This document shows, piece after piece, positions 1-12,377 of a stretch of DNA of 64,000 nt. The stretch comes from Eledone cirrhosa (Eukaryota): the NCBI GenBank assembly GCA_964016885.1, contig OZ024740.1, positions 416,578,001 to 416,642,000 of the forward strand, in the 5' to 3' direction. Made by a program: the position numbers and the translations under genes. Numbering within the stretch: the first letter of the stretch is position 1; every line of letters begins with the position of its first letter. The notes under the pieces were generated by a model. It did no database searches. It was not told the origin of the DNA and was given only the letters and a program-made list of their open reading frames with translations.

Positions 1-189
1 GAGAGTATAACTCAATAACATTACAGAATAATCAAAACTATGTTAATGCTTTGAACATAGTTTTGATTGTTCTGTAATTTATATTCCTGCTCTGTAAGAC
101 ATTTCTTATATTTACATTCAGCTATTTTTCATACTGGTATTAAGGTGGTAAAAAATAAAAAAATACTGACCCTTCCTGTTTATGATTAT

Positions 190-321
190 ATAAAGTGTAT
201 ATATAAGTATAAATATTATTATTAACATTAATATAAACAATTTCTTTTATAACAGTAAAGGGAAACCTTTTAATAATTTCTTGGTATTTATTAAAAAATG
301 TCATCTGCAGCTTGGTAAACC
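190..321 (-). pseudogene. Possible LBP/BPI last coding segment
   Basis: TKLQ...KYQEIIKRFPFTVIKEIVYIN resembles the C-terminal N..L..GFPLP....V...N motif. Confidence 0.3.
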
Positions 322-474
322 TGCACACACAAAAAAGGAAAAAAGAAAAAACGAAAGAAAAAGATCTCTGTTATGCCCCTTCCTCCCCTAGCCTAAACAC
401 GTGCTTATTTTACTTAATCTGGCCTTACACAGATTACATTTACTGCTTCTGTGGATTAGATTATTGTTTCTATC

Positions 475-603
475 TTTCGTTTCAACTATGGCTTCTTTAA
501 GTAGGTACGGTCAGGTTTTTAAAGGAGATTGAAGTGCCTGTCAGTGTAAGGATTTACTGTATACTAAACCACCTGCAACCCGTTGGGGTTCTGAATCTTT
601 TCC
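475..603 (-). pseudogene. Possible decayed LBP/BPI C-terminal-domain segment
   Basis: QRVAGGLVYSKSLH*QALQSPLKT*PYLLKEAI after a ttcag| acceptor; resembles R..G.......L....S......LL..AI. Two stops. Confidence 0.3.
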
Positions 604-621
604 TGAATATATATATATATA

Positions 622-970
622 TCCAAAATTAAGATAAATTAAATGAATTTAATCTAAATCAAAATTATGGGTGTCATGCCAGCAAGACATGCGCCATATC
701 ACCCGGAAAATAAGCTCTAAGATTCTAACGAGTAGGTCCGAGCATTTTATAATAACTAGAAATTGATTAACATATAAATAAACATGAATAATCACAGGAG
801 ATAATTTTTACAAGCGTGTAACCACATGATTAATCATATTATAAGGTATCTATTTTTGAAGTTCTGGTCAACTTTATTTAGTTACCTACCTAGCTATGTG
901 TGGTTACACACTTGTAAAAATTATCTCCTGTGATTATTCATGTTTATTTATATGTTAATCAATTTTTAGT

Positions 971-978
<8 letters not shown>
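622..978. mobile_element. (TA)n-flanked fold-back insert (probable PLE pLTR fragment)
   Basis: Inverted arms ~748-827 / ~899-978 with a few mismatches. Same family recurs at 27862-28062, also with a partial inversion. Confidence 0.6.
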
Positions 979-1008
<30 letters not shown>

Positions 1009-1012
<4 letters not shown>

Positions 1013-1211
1013 ATATCCCGTTAAGGGTGAAAGCAGCGATTCTTTGCTTAAACTTTAATCTGTTATTTTAATAAATGTTTGCTCTAGGGTTCTTATATAT
1101 TTGATATATATTTATCCTTATTGAGCCCTCGTTGGATTTTAGTCTTCACATTTATTATTATTACTATATATAATATATATATTACTATATATATATATAT
1201 ATATATACTAC

Positions 1212-1263
<52 letters not shown>

Positions 1264-1360
1264 ATAATAATAAATGTGAAGACTAAAATCCCAAAAGAGC
1301 TCAATAAGGATAAATATATATCAAATATATAAGAACCCTTGAGCAAATATTTATTAAAAT
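1009..1360. mobile_element. Naiad pLTR fragments inverted around a (TA)n tract
   Basis: 1009-1165 matches the pLTR at 14088-14150/17109-17170 and the reverse of 14165-14298; 1259-1360 is its inverted copy. Confidence 0.75.
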
Positions 1361-1410
1361 CGTCCCATGAACTGATATATATATATATACCGTTTATGAG
1401 ACGCAAAATT

Positions 1411-1455
<45 letters not shown>

Positions 1456-1457
1456 TA

Positions 1458-1521
1458 GACCAACTTAACGGTTGGAGTTTCCTGGATAGCTATCCAGGAA
1501 ACTCCAACCGTTAAGGTTGTC
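1458..1521. repeat. Short near-perfect palindrome after (TA)n
   Basis: cttaacggttggagtttcctggatag|ctatccaggaaactccaaccgttaag. Confidence 0.9.
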
Positions 1522-1563
1522 TTTTTTCCGGGTATGTCAATATTTATTTATAAAACAAATCTG

Positions 1564-1629
1564 TATTTTATCTGATGAAAGCGCACCATAATTTGCCTTG
1601 GTTGCCCTTAAAATATGTATAATAAAATA
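1564..1629 (+). ncRNA. Type I hammerhead, family A, G12A (probably inactive)
   Basis: TATTTTAT-CTGATGA-AAGCGCACCA..TGGTTGCCCTT-AAAA-TATGTA-TA|ATAAAATA. Confidence 0.7.
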
Positions 1630-1741
1630 AATATGGTTTTATAAATATAGTTTCCATTTATTAATATAGTGTATATTTACTCCACACAGCTGTTGAGTGC
1701 TTTATATCAGTTATAAAAAATGTTAAATTAAATATAACCTC

Positions 1742-1780
<39 letters not shown>

Positions 1781-2589
1781 GTGTGTGTTATGTATATATA
1801 TAAATGTGTGTATGTGTATACACATATATATATATGTGTGTGTGTATATATATATATGTGGGTGTATGTGATCTATATACACTGGTCATAGACACACACA
1901 TATACACACACACTCACATATATGTATACACAACACCACCACTAGGTCTCCTTCACTGCCTCCTCTCCCTCTCTTTATGTCTCTTTTTCAATCTACTCTC
2001 TCACAACCACTATCTCTTTCTCTTTATCCTTCTCTTTCTCTCTGTTTATGAAGGTACCCGGAAAAAACACATATCTCGGGTACCCGTCCTCTGATTTACG
2101 CGAAACTTGTTTTATACCATTTGTATCCCCATTTCAGGGTCAACTTCCTTTCAAAGTATTTTCCCATTATGCATCCTTTTGGCTGTATTACGTTACAGAC
2201 AAGCAAGCAAGCAATCGCAGAGTTTTAGTAGTATGTATATAACATCTATCGTTGTCTTATCAAATGTGTGTTTACGTTGATGATACTCTCTTTCTCTCTC
2301 TCTCTTTCACTCACTGTCTCGTCTCTCTCGCTCTCCCCATCTCTCACTATTATAAGCAAACGGGAGCTCACGCGCAGCCGCCCCGGAGGATGGCGAGGGA
2401 GACTCGTTGGAAGAGCCATTCTAGCTCGTGAGGCTCAACCCCGTGCCGATAGTAGTGAGTGGGGAGATAGTCCTAGTACCAAGGACACCAGAAGTCTCCA
2501 ATGTTGTAATATTTTTATATTTAATTTCTCACTTCTGGCTGACAAAACTCATCGACGATAGAAAAGATGAGGCACAATCTAGATATCGT

Positions 2590-3055
2590 TAAGCATCTAG
2601 GTTTGTTCCCTATTGAAATACAGTTGAATATATCCCCGACAATAAGGGTAAAGGATAAAGCCCCCTTCGGTCACGAATGACCATGGAATTTGTACCTATA
2701 AAGTTTCCCTTCCGAGGCACAAGTCCGAGCAAAGTGTCTTTGTGGAAGACCAGCATTCGCCCATTCATACCAGCCTCCCCTCTCCACGCCACCGATATTG
2801 TCCAAGGGAAAGGCAATGGCTGATACAGCTTGGCAACAGTGACGTCGCAACATATATATACTCTATATATACACTATATATGTTGTTGTCCAAGGGAAAG
2901 GCAATGGTCTATACAGCTGGGCACCAGTGACGTCGCAACTAATTTCTACAGATGAGTAAACTGGAGCAACGTGAAGTAAAGTGTCTTGCTCAATGACACT
3001 AAGCATCATCCAACTTAACGATTGTGAATCCGACGCTCTAACCGCTAAGCCACAT
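2590..3055 (-). mobile_element. tRNA-derived SINE (second family)
   Basis: Minus strand begins tgtggcttagcggttagagcgtcggattcac (A-box-like), followed by gagcaagacactttacttcacgttgctccag; internal duplication 2798-2850/2888-2940. Confidence 0.55.
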
Positions 3056-3491
3056 CATTGAAATAAAACAGAAAGCCGAAATTTCATCAATTTGTCTATC
3101 AGTCAGTGAACCTTTAACAAATTAGCAATTGGAAACGTAAGAATGGTTGCCAGTTGTTAACCTGTGCACCCTTCTGGATCCTCTTTGGGGTCTCAGGATA
3201 TTCTATCTATACACACCCACCCCATGCCACCCAGCTAAGGTAACAGGCTCATCGTCATTTTTTTCCGGCGTTAAATTGAGACTGCAATATATTTATCGAA
3301 CAAGCCTCTCTAGCTAAGGTGCAAACGAGCCTCTTGTTAACGCACAAATCTTGGCTAATTCCCGAAAGAAAAAGGAAAAGAAAAACAAGAAAAACAAGAA
3401 GAAGAAGAAGAAAAGAAGAAGAATGAGTAAGTTCATTGTATTTAGGCCAAGATTAAGGATTTTTACAAGCCAGTTCAGTAAACAAAATAAA

Positions 3492-3670
3492 TAACTGTTT
3501 CTACTTTAGGCACAAGGCCAGCAATTACCCAGTGCATTACTGGTACTTTATTTTATCGACCCCGTAAGGATGAAAGGCAAAGTCAACCTCGGCGGGATTT
3601 GAACTCAGATCGTAAAGGGACATAACTATGCTAGAAAGCATGGTGTCTGACCCTCTACCGATACTGCCAA
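3492..3670 (-). mobile_element. tRNA-derived CORE-type SINE (octopus OR/OK-like)
   Basis: A box TGGCAGTATCGG, B box GAGTTCAAATC, core ctttgcctttcatccttacggggtcgataaaataaagtacc. Confidence 0.85.
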
Positions 3671-3994
3671 AATAAATAACATTGTGTAGAGTGATTCATG
3701 ATATCAAATATCAAATTTGAAATATAACAGCCACTAGGAATGGGTAGGTGTTTCGCTAACGATTTATAGGTGGAAGGTGGGGGGTGGGGGGAATTGCCCT
3801 TCACTATTGCTGCGCATGCGTATTCTTCAGGTTACATTATTTTATAAATTTCCACCAATAGAGTGATAGCCATTTTCTAACAGAAAACAATTCTCATTGG
3901 AATTTAGACATCAACTACGCTCGGGTACCAAATAATAGGGGGTGGGATGAAATAAGCAGGGGTGCGGTGGGGTAAATCGGTAATTTTTCTAGGC

Positions 3995-4115
3995 TGTCTC
4001 CATTGATTAAAAAAAAACCAGGAATTAGAATTCCGTTATCAGGGTAAACTTCTTTGGAATACGAGAAGTTGAATATATATCCTACATACCATGTCGTTGC
4101 CAACCACACGCTGCG
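3995..4115 (-). pseudogene. Possible LBP/BPI C-terminal-domain segment
   Basis: VWLATTWYVGYIFNFSYSKEVYPDNGIL resembles the Y.FN....VY...G.L motif at the start of the BPI2 domain; position is colinear with the other segments. Confidence 0.3.
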
Positions 4116-4630
4116 TCGTTGAATTACTGTATGAATATATCCAACTCAATGTGTTAGGACAATACGACAGGTTTATAGTGGCGCTGGAAATAGCAGCCAA
4201 AACCGTCTAAATCTGCTCAACAAAGATGGAGCCGTTAATATCAATTTATAAAGTTATTTGTCTCTAAAACCTAGATATCTCAATGAAAGGGTAAGATATA
4301 TTAATAAATTATCTACTCAGAGAAGTAATTAAAATATATTAAACAAAAGTCAAAATCACATGACTCCCGAGTGAAGGATATGCTAATCAGATCCTGTACT
4401 GGTAGTACCCCCTTGGAAAGAGGCGAAGAGGGCGCCACAAGATAAACTGATGACAGACAATCGACAGGGCTGCTGAAATATATCAACAAAAGTTGGAACG
4501 ATGTTTTGACACATGGAACTGACCGTGGTCATTGGAGCACTTTGGCTGCCTCATGTGTCTCAAGACGCGGGAGTTTCTAAGACTAAATAAGGGCACGTTG
4601 TCTCCTAACTCGTATAAAATAAACAATTAC

Positions 4631-4857
4631 CCTGCATTCTACAGCGTTAAGCAGGTGAGGAAAGGGAGATGGGGGTACATCACATTTTGTACGAGAGTGT
4701 AGCAAGCTACTTTCCTTTGGCGCATTGATAGGCTATTCGTGCGTTATTTGGCTAAGTAGGGCCAATCGTGAGCCGCGTACGGATATGTATTTTCAACTTC
4801 CTCCCAAACTGAGTTTTTCCCGCTACTTTCAATAAACTCATTTTCTTGTTGCTTCAA
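4631..4857 (-). pseudogene. Possible decayed LBP/BPI segment (interdomain linker)
   Basis: Acceptor tttccacag|, frameshifted AKG..., DVPPSPFPHL (cf. KGE...PF.P), donor |gtaatt. Weak similarity. Confidence 0.25.
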
Positions 4858-4989
4858 CTGTGGAAAGATAAACAACTATTTTTCTTTTGCCGTGAAACCA
4901 CTAGCCAATATATAACACCATAGCATAACTGCGGCCCTAGCCAATATCTCAGCCAGTGGACCGAGCCTTCTGAAATCTTAATTTGTTTG

Positions 4990-5265
4990 TTTATTTGTTT
5001 TGGCATGCCAGCTTAAACCAGCTCTACTCAGCTCAACTTTTGTAATCGGTTTGTAAATAAATTCCGTAAAAACGTTGTAAAGTCTTGTGATACTATTTAC
5101 CACAGCCATTGTCTATAAATGTGATATGGAAAGATTCCTTCCAGACTTATCACAGCAGCAACAGAACCTGAGACTTACAGCCGAACCTCAATTCAACTTA
5201 CATTTATTGATATAACAAACCATACCTTTCCTGTTACAACAAACTACATATTGTCGTTGATATTA
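4990..5265 (-). pseudogene. Decayed LBP/BPI-like segment
   Basis: Pieces IND..FVVTGKVWFVISINV, CCCCDKSGRNLSI and RLYNVFTEFIYKPITK match the I.D..F.V...C.C...WLYNLF...I.K.I region of LBP/BPI. Stops and frameshifts present. Confidence 0.4.
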
Positions 5266-5380
5266 TTACTACATGGCATAATGTTATTTAACAGCTAAAC
5301 TGGCGACTATTAAATGTCTGCTTTATTGGTGACCTCTGTTGATACAAATAAATATAAAATACACAAATATTAACTATCAT

Positions 5381-5690
5381 TAGGTTGACTTTGCCTTTTA
5401 TCCTTACGGGGTCGATAAAATAAAGTACCAGTAATGCACTGGGTAATTGCTGGCCTTGTGCCTAAAGTAGAAACAATTATTTTATAAGGGCTAGGGCGGT
5501 TGATTGGCAGTATCGGTAGAGGGTCGGACGCCATGCTTTGCAGTATAGAGTTACGGCCCTCTATGATCTGAGTTCAAAACCCGCCGAGGTTAACTTTGCC
5601 TTTCATCCTTATGGGGTCGATAAAATAAAGTACCAGTAATCCACTGGGGTAATTGCTGGCCTTGTGCCAAAAGTAGAAACAATTATTTTA
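5381..5690 (+). mobile_element. Tandem SINE pair (partial + full)
   Basis: Same SINE family; 5381-5482 is 5'-truncated, 5494-5690 is complete. Confidence 0.85.
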
Positions 5691-6084
5691 TAATCTGCCA
5701 GAAATGGTGATCTGCCGTACAAAATAAACATATTGCTAAAAGAGGCTAAACTTCTCGGGGATTTCCTAAACGATGACAAATAAAAGCTTGAAAGCTAAGA
5801 ACAATTTATCCTGTATAGTAAGGCTCAAATTTGATAAAACTGTTACCCACTGTTTCAGTTGCACCCAGAGGCGTTACTAGGGAAAATAGCACCTATGTTA
5901 AGTAGTGAAATCGTACCCCCGTCGAAACATTTGACACCCATCTTTTAGTTAACCATAAAATCAACTAAAAAATACCCATCACGTTCGTTAACTTTGTAAT
6001 TGAAAACAACACATGAAAATTACAATTATATCTTCCTTGTCTGTGATGTGGTTAAAGTAAGTCCAAGTGACGCCCATGGAACAG

Positions 6085-6465
6085 AAAAAAAAAGGATCAA
6101 GTAACGAAAGGAAGGGAGAGGGAGGCAGACACAACACCCCAGTCTGAGTGATGCCTCAACTATGCCTCACGGACAAAATGGCGCAGGCATTACCGTGGAG
6201 AATGGCCAGAAACACTCGCTGCATCAACCATCCCACCTTACGAGGCCCCTCCCCTCTCAAGTGGGCCACCGTCCTTCAATTTTATGGAGAAAATCAACAG
6301 TGCGGGGACCAAGGCCGTCAGAAGTCTCGACAGAAACTGGTGCAAAGTGGAAGTGGTCAGTCAGGGCCCGGTATTTAAGTATCTTCCACTCCTCTGCATT
6401 GTAAGCAGTGGAGTTCGAGTTTGTGGGTAAAACGACAAGGTTAGTAGCGAAGAGTCGCTGCATGT
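6085..6465 (-). mobile_element. CRE-like (RLE-type) non-LTR 3' fragment
   Basis: AEEWKILKYRALTDHFHFAPVSVETSDGLGP: restriction-like endonuclease motif shared with the 39449-42570 element. Confidence 0.75.
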
Positions 6466-6656
6466 CACGTCTCGAGCAACCCGAGACTACGAAAGAATAA
6501 ATTGTTGCACAATGAGATCAAACCTGGAACCATATTATTGCATCCACAATTGCTTCCTGCCTAATACTTATTTTATTGAGTCTGCCTGCCTGCCTGTCTG
6601 TCTGTCTGTATATATGTCTGTCTGTCTGTCTGTATATATGTATGTATGTTATTTCA

Positions 6657-7258
6657 GGTCACCAGTTGGTGCTACTGGTAACATGTATCCCAGTACAACC
6701 TGTCTCATGGTCGGGTCGTTGGTGACTAAACTGGCAACCCCACCAAGGTTTCTTGGTGAGGAGGGTGACTTTGGACATCCTGCAGGACTAAAAACAAAAC
6801 CTGTCAAAGGGCAAAGGACCTCTTAAGAGTCAATGGCCATCCAAAATTACCGGGAGAGATGACCCCTCAGCCTTTGTCAAGGCAGAATTCTAGGAGAAGG
6901 AAAACTCTGATATAACACCTGCAACCCTGATGGTATCCAATGATGTTGACTTGTTCTTCTTTTTGGTAAATATCATCTTGGTTAAGAGAGTGGGACTGGC
7001 TTTGTGCAGTGCCTTTGCTCACTATAAAAGCTTCACGGCACAGGCATTGCTTTATATCTGGAGATCTCTCTGCACTTGTCGTCACATGGTACCATAGGCC
7101 CAGCACTATGTGACAATAATTGTCACAAGTGTAGCATTTGTAACAGAGTTTTCAAGTCGCTGGCTGGACTAAAGTCACACTCGTTCAGCGCATCGGCAGG
7201 GGTTCTCCTACATGGATATAAAGTAGTGGTCGTACTCGAAAACGAGTTGGCAGCCACC

Positions 7259-7291
<33 letters not shown>

Positions 7292-7906
7292 TGTATGTAT
7301 GTATGTATGTATGTATGTATGTATGTATGTATGTATCCCAGTACAACCTGTCCCATGGTCGGGTGGTTGGCGACTAAACTGGCAACCCCACCAAGGTTTC
7401 TTGGTGAGGAGGGTGACTTTGGACATCCTGCAGGACTAAAAACAAAACCTGTCAAAGGGCTAAGGAGCTCTTAAGAGTCAATGGCCATCCAAAATCACCG
7501 GGAGAGATGACCCCTTAGCCTTTGTCAAGGCAGAATTCTAGGAGAAGGAAAACTCTGATATAACACCTGCTATCCTGATGGTATCCAATGATGTTGACTT
7601 GTTCTTCTTTTTGGTAAATATCATCTTGGTTAAGAGAGTGGGACTGGCTTTGTGCAGTGCCTTTGCTCACTATAAAAGCTTCACGGCACAGGCATTGCTT
7701 TATATCTGGAGATCTCTCTGCACTTGTCGTCACATGGTACCATAGGCCCAGCACTATGTGACAATAATTGTCACAAGTGTAGCATTTGTAACAGAGTTTT
7801 CAAGTCGCTGGCTGGACTAAAGTCACACTCGTTCAGCGCATCGGCAGGGGTTCTCCTACATGGATATAAAGTAGTGGCCGTACTCGAAAACGAGTTGGCA
7901 GCCACC

Positions 7907-7908
<2 letters not shown>
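6657..7908 (+). mobile_element. Two tandem copies of an internally deleted RTE-like element in (ATGT)n
   Basis: 648-bp period, near-identical copies; each ends with C2H2 finger CSICNRVFKSLAGLKSH, a short 3' end and an (ATGT)n tract. The 5' part is related to 30290-30647 (-). Confidence 0.65.
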
Positions 7909-7939
<31 letters not shown>

Positions 7940-8164
7940 TGTATGTATGTATGTATGTATGTATGTATGTATGTATGTATGTATGTATGTATGTCTGTCT
8001 GTATGTATGTATATATGTATGTATGTATGTCTGTGTGTCTGTCTGTATGTATGTATGGTCCCGTAACTCTTGATAGAGTCGTAGAGGCACCGAAAGGATG
8101 AAAGGCCAAGTTGACTAAAGACAGCCAGAACGAATACCACAAAACATTCTATCCACTCCAACGT

Positions 8165-8303
8165 TCTAACGACTGTCAATTCGTCGCCTCAATCAGGATG
8201 TATGAATATTTTATCTACTACCTTTCATTTCTTAATACCTGTACTGAAACTATTTATATCGCTTTCAGTAATCGGAAAATTCAGAAACAGGATATTTTTT
8301 ATG
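8165..8303 (-). pseudogene. Decayed LBP/BPI-like exon (N-terminal domain)
   Basis: Acceptor ctaacag| then IKNILFLNFPITESDINSFSTGIKK*KVVDKIFIHPD*, resembling the LBP segment IK..F..P.S.I....G.......I.IHGDW. Two TGA stops. Confidence 0.3.
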
Positions 8304-8434
8304 CTGTTAGATAAAAAGTTGTTGTTAACTTTCCTCGTTTAATTTTTGCTTATATGTGGTATAAATAGAACAATTTGTTCAGATTTTTATTCATTTCTAA
8401 ATACATGATCCATATTTCAATCTGTATGGTATGA

Positions 8435-8519
<85 letters not shown>

Positions 8520-8675
8520 GGAATGTAGAAAAGTAACACGCGAGTTGATATATATATATTGGTAAACGGAAAAGAAAATGCTGACAAATTGTTCCCAGTG
8601 AAAAATAGTTTAATTAGGAATAAGTGAGAATTAGTTATAGTATTGGTTAGTATTCAGTTTTGGTTTTAAGTTTTA

Positions 8676-9325
8676 CCGCCGAGGTTTACTCTGCCTTTCA
8701 TCCTGACGGGGTGGATAAAATAAAGTACCAGTAATGCACTGGAATAATTGCTGGCCTTGTGCCAAAAGTAGAAACAATTATTTATAGTCTAGCTTGTATC
8801 CAGAAATCCGAACCACCTCTGATTTTAAGGATGCTGGAAACAGTATCATTACTTTCTAATACAAGTACAAAGTTACACATTATATGAAGGGAGTAATGGT
8901 TTAGTCAATGTCATCTAGGTTCTGAGTTCAAATCCTGCCGAGGTCATCCTTCGGGGATCGATTAAATAAAGTACCAGTTAAATACTGGGTTCGATATAAT
9001 CGACTTACCCCCGGCGGCTCTAAAACCAGTTGTCCAAGGGAAAGACAATGCTAGAAAGACAATGCTATAAAATTGAAGCTTGTTTGCATAATTGCAAACG
9101 AATCGAATGTTATTATTAATATTCGAAAAGGGCGGTGGATTGGCAGAATCGGTAGAGGGTCGGACGCCATGATCTGCAGCATAGAGTTACGGCTCTTTAT
9201 GGTCTGAGTTCAAATCCCGCCGAGGTTAACTTTGCCTTTCATCCTTACGGGGTCGATAATATAAAGTACCAGTAATACACTGGGATAATTGCTGGTCTTG
9301 TGCCAAAAAGTAGAAACAATTATAA
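8676..9325 (+). mobile_element. Cluster of three SINE copies
   Basis: CORE-type SINE sequence at ~8676-8783, ~8918-9030 and 9129-9325. Confidence 0.8.
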
Positions 9326-9817
9326 TATTCGAAAAACTCAGATTACATATATTTATATTTATATATATATATATATATATATAATTTGTGTGGGCCGTGC
9401 TGCCAGTAAAAACACACACACCTTTATTGGTAGCATGACCTCCCATAGTATAACAATATCTAATTTAACACACGTTTTCAGATAAGAAATCTTGCAAAAC
9501 AAATACAAAAACGAAGCATATCTATGTGTGTGTGCGTGTATGTGTGTGTGGTAACGAAAAATCAGTTACCAGGTAATCTTTATTATATTTTGTTGTTGTT
9601 GTTCTTTTTTCTGTCCAATATTTCGGGACCTAAAAGTTACTTCTTCAGAGTTTAAGGAACTTTCCAATTTCCTCTCTTGGGATTAAATTCTGACTTCGAT
9701 TTAAATTTTTTCTAAGTCATTTTCAAGCATTTTTTAAATGGTTATTTCGCTCTTCACGAGAACGACGTTTATTGCCAATATAGTATTTCGGGAATCAATT
9801 TTCCTTTTTATATGAGA

Positions 9818-9850
9818 CTAGCAGTGGTACCCGGCGTTGCACGGGATAAG
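9818..9850 (-). mobile_element. Helitron 3' end fragment
   Basis: Reverse complement reads cccgtgcaacgccgggtaccactgCTAG|T, the same terminus as 55085-55114. Confidence 0.7.
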
Positions 9851-11000
9851 AAAGACCCACTTAAAGATTAAAGGGGTAGAAAAGCCAGGAACTACCATAA
9901 AATCCCTGATCAGCAAAACATACCCTCTTAAGAAAACCCACTGTACTAATAGGAAATGTATTATATGTAAAGTAAACCCGCGGATAAACTGTAAAACTAG
10001 GAACGTAGTCTATAGCATAAGATGTACAGAGGGTACTTGCAGAAACATGACAACAACATACATAGGCGAGACAGCAAAGGATAGACCAACACTGGGGGGA
10101 ACTAAAAGGACGAAAAAACGGTTCAGTACTATACGTACACGCCAGACAACAACATGACGGTATCATAGACAACATAGAAATTAAAATAATATCTAAACAC
10201 AGAAATGACCCAACAGATAGGCAAATCGGAGAGGCAAGCGAAATAGAGCTTAGAAAGCCAAAGCTAAACAGAAAAAATGAATGGAATAACAACAACACCC
10301 AAACAAACAACATTGACCTAAGAGAAGTATAAATAGATATGTTTCTTTATTAGCCACAGGGGCACAAAAGAAGGGGACAAATACAAAGGGGGAAGTTTAC
10401 ATACAATAAAAATGTGTAAAATATTATCACAAATGTAATTTAAAAATTAGTCAAACAAACAATACTGACTTAAGAGAAATATAAATAAATAAATAAATAA
10501 ATAAATATATACACATGCACAATAACAACAAACACATATAAACATACACTAGTAAACTAAGATAGAATACAATAAACAAAACACAGCCACCCAAACGCGA
10601 ACACACACTAAACACTATAAACACATTAAACACTATACACACGCAAACGCCTGCGCAGAGCAGAAGACAAAAATAAATAAATAAATAAATAAATAAATAA
10701 ACAGATAAAATAAAAATGGCGTAGACATACAATACAACAGGAGGAACATAATAGTACCACTGATGATGTTGCAGATGTGCAACGAAAGAACTTTGTTAGG
10801 CTATATATATGTGTTTATATTTATATTATATCTGTATTTTTGACCGTTGGTCAGTCAATGGTAAACATTGAGGACCGAATGAATTAACTGTGGAGATATA
10901 AAAGATACAGAAGCGAAAACCAACCAAACAGTGAGTGTGTTCTGTTATTATTCCTGGCAATATTATTACAACAATATGACCCTCCCCAAGTATAACAATA
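9850..11000 (+). mobile_element. 5'-truncated PLE (Neptune/Nematis-type GIY-YIG end + pLTR)
   Basis: CTNRKCIIC linker, NVVYSIRC...YIGET GIY-YIG motif, then 3' UTR and HHR. Interrupted by a Tx1 3' tail at ~10340-10430 (-). Confidence 0.8.
10751..10804 (+). ncRNA. Minimal type I hammerhead (degenerate helix I)
   Basis: ATAGTACCA-CTGATGA-T-GTTGCA gatg TGCAAC-GAAA-GAAC-TT|TGTTAGGCTAT. Confidence 0.6.
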
Positions 11001-11137
11001 TATATATATATAAGCAATGAGTTATTTAATCTGTTGGTTATTCAACAAATTTAGTTTATAACAGATTCGAAGCACTCTACAGTTACATACATATCAATAA
11101 AATTAATAAATGGAAACTATCTTTATAAAACCATATT

Positions 11138-11199
11138 TATTTTATTATATATATTTCAAGGGTGCCAACATTTTTGGTACGCTCTCATCGGATAAAATA
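11138..11199 (-). ncRNA. Type I hammerhead, family A, U4C core
   Basis: TATTTTAT-CCGATGA-GAGCGTACCA..TGGCACCCTT-GAAA-TATATA-TA|ATAAAATA. Confidence 0.75.
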
Positions 11200-11429
11200 T
11201 AAAAGGTGTTTTACAGATAGTGACATATTCAAAAACAAGAATTTATCGTTTTAAGTTCTGTTTGAATATCGTTTTAAGTTCTGTTTAAGTTCTAATATAA
11301 TAAAATAAGTTGAAGCAAAGAATCGCTGCTTTCACGCTTAAGATCCCGTTAAGGGTGAAAGCAGCGATTCTTTGTTTAAACTTTAATCTGTTATTTTAAT
11401 AAATATATATATATTCTTTTAATGTTACA

Positions 11430-11684
11430 ATATTAAAGAAAATGTAAAGGAAGGGGTGAACATCCGAGCCAACACCAGAGCAAAAGACAGCAGCGTCGCG
11501 AGGAGTAATGGGCAACATCTCTAATTATTTTTGAGGCAAGCCAGCAAACTCGCAGTGTTGTCTCGGATGATAGCGAGGTTAATGCGCTGTAACAACCAAA
11601 CGCCCTCGCGAGATTCGCCCGTTACCTCTATTAGGCAAGCCGCCAGTGAAGAGAGGAACCTCGCAGTCACTAGCCCGACTCCCC

Positions 11685-11686
<2 letters not shown>
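11430..11686 (-). mobile_element. CRE-like non-LTR 3' fragment
   Basis: FGGVGLVTARFLSSLAACLIEVTGESREGVWLLQRINLAIIR, nearly the same as 42180-42350. Confidence 0.85.
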
Positions 11687-11726
<40 letters not shown>

Positions 11727-11730
<4 letters not shown>

Positions 11731-11938
11731 AACGAGTAGGACCCCGACGGCTGATCTCAAGCCGTTTCGACGGCTAATTCTGGACTAAAAAATTTTTTAG
11801 TCCAGAATTACCCGTCGAAACGGCCTGAGCTCAGCCGTCGGGTTCCTACTCGTTCCTATTACCCACTCTACTACCCTAAGTATTGAGTACTTTGGTGCGT
11901 TATGGTCCACCTGGTTCCTTACCACATTTCCTTCGTTA
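11727..11938. mobile_element. Fold-back pLTR insert, family G
   Basis: Palindrome centred at 11792/11793 plus a unique 3' tail, between (TA)n tracts. Carries the HHR 3' half GAAA-CGGC..GCCG-TC|GGG. Confidence 0.8.
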
Positions 11939-12045
11939 TATATATATATATATATATATATATTTAAAGGTTAAACAAGGTTCAATGAATAAATCAAAGA
12001 ATGAGTTTTACAAGATTGTATGTCAGGGTATGTCATGCATCATCT

Positions 12046-12112
12046 TATTTTATCTGATGAGGACGTATTGTTGAAGTTAACGCAGTACCTCTGAAATATG
12101 TATAATAAAATA
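12046..12112 (+). ncRNA. Type I hammerhead, family A2, canonical core
   Basis: TATTTTAT-CTGATGA-GGACGTATTG..CAGTACCTCT-GAAA-TATGTA-TA|ATAAAATA. Confidence 0.85.
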
Positions 12113-12152
12113 TACTTGATCACAAGAATATCTATTTTGTTAATATTTTGAA

Positions 12153-12249
<97 letters not shown>

Positions 12250-12377
12250 CAGAGAGGAGAAAGGGAGAAAGAGAGAGATGGAGACAGACAGAGAGAGAGA
12301 GAGAGAGAGAGAATAATGACAATGTTAACACGTGAAAAACAAAACAATAAACAAAACAAAAGGTAAATATTCCTCAC

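Noticed and set aside
9129-9215. tRNA genes
   Set aside because: The A/B boxes belong to SINE heads; there is no cloverleaf.
9612-9655. CTGAAGA...GAAA on the minus strand
   Set aside because: Helices I and II do not pair convincingly; at best a decayed HHR.
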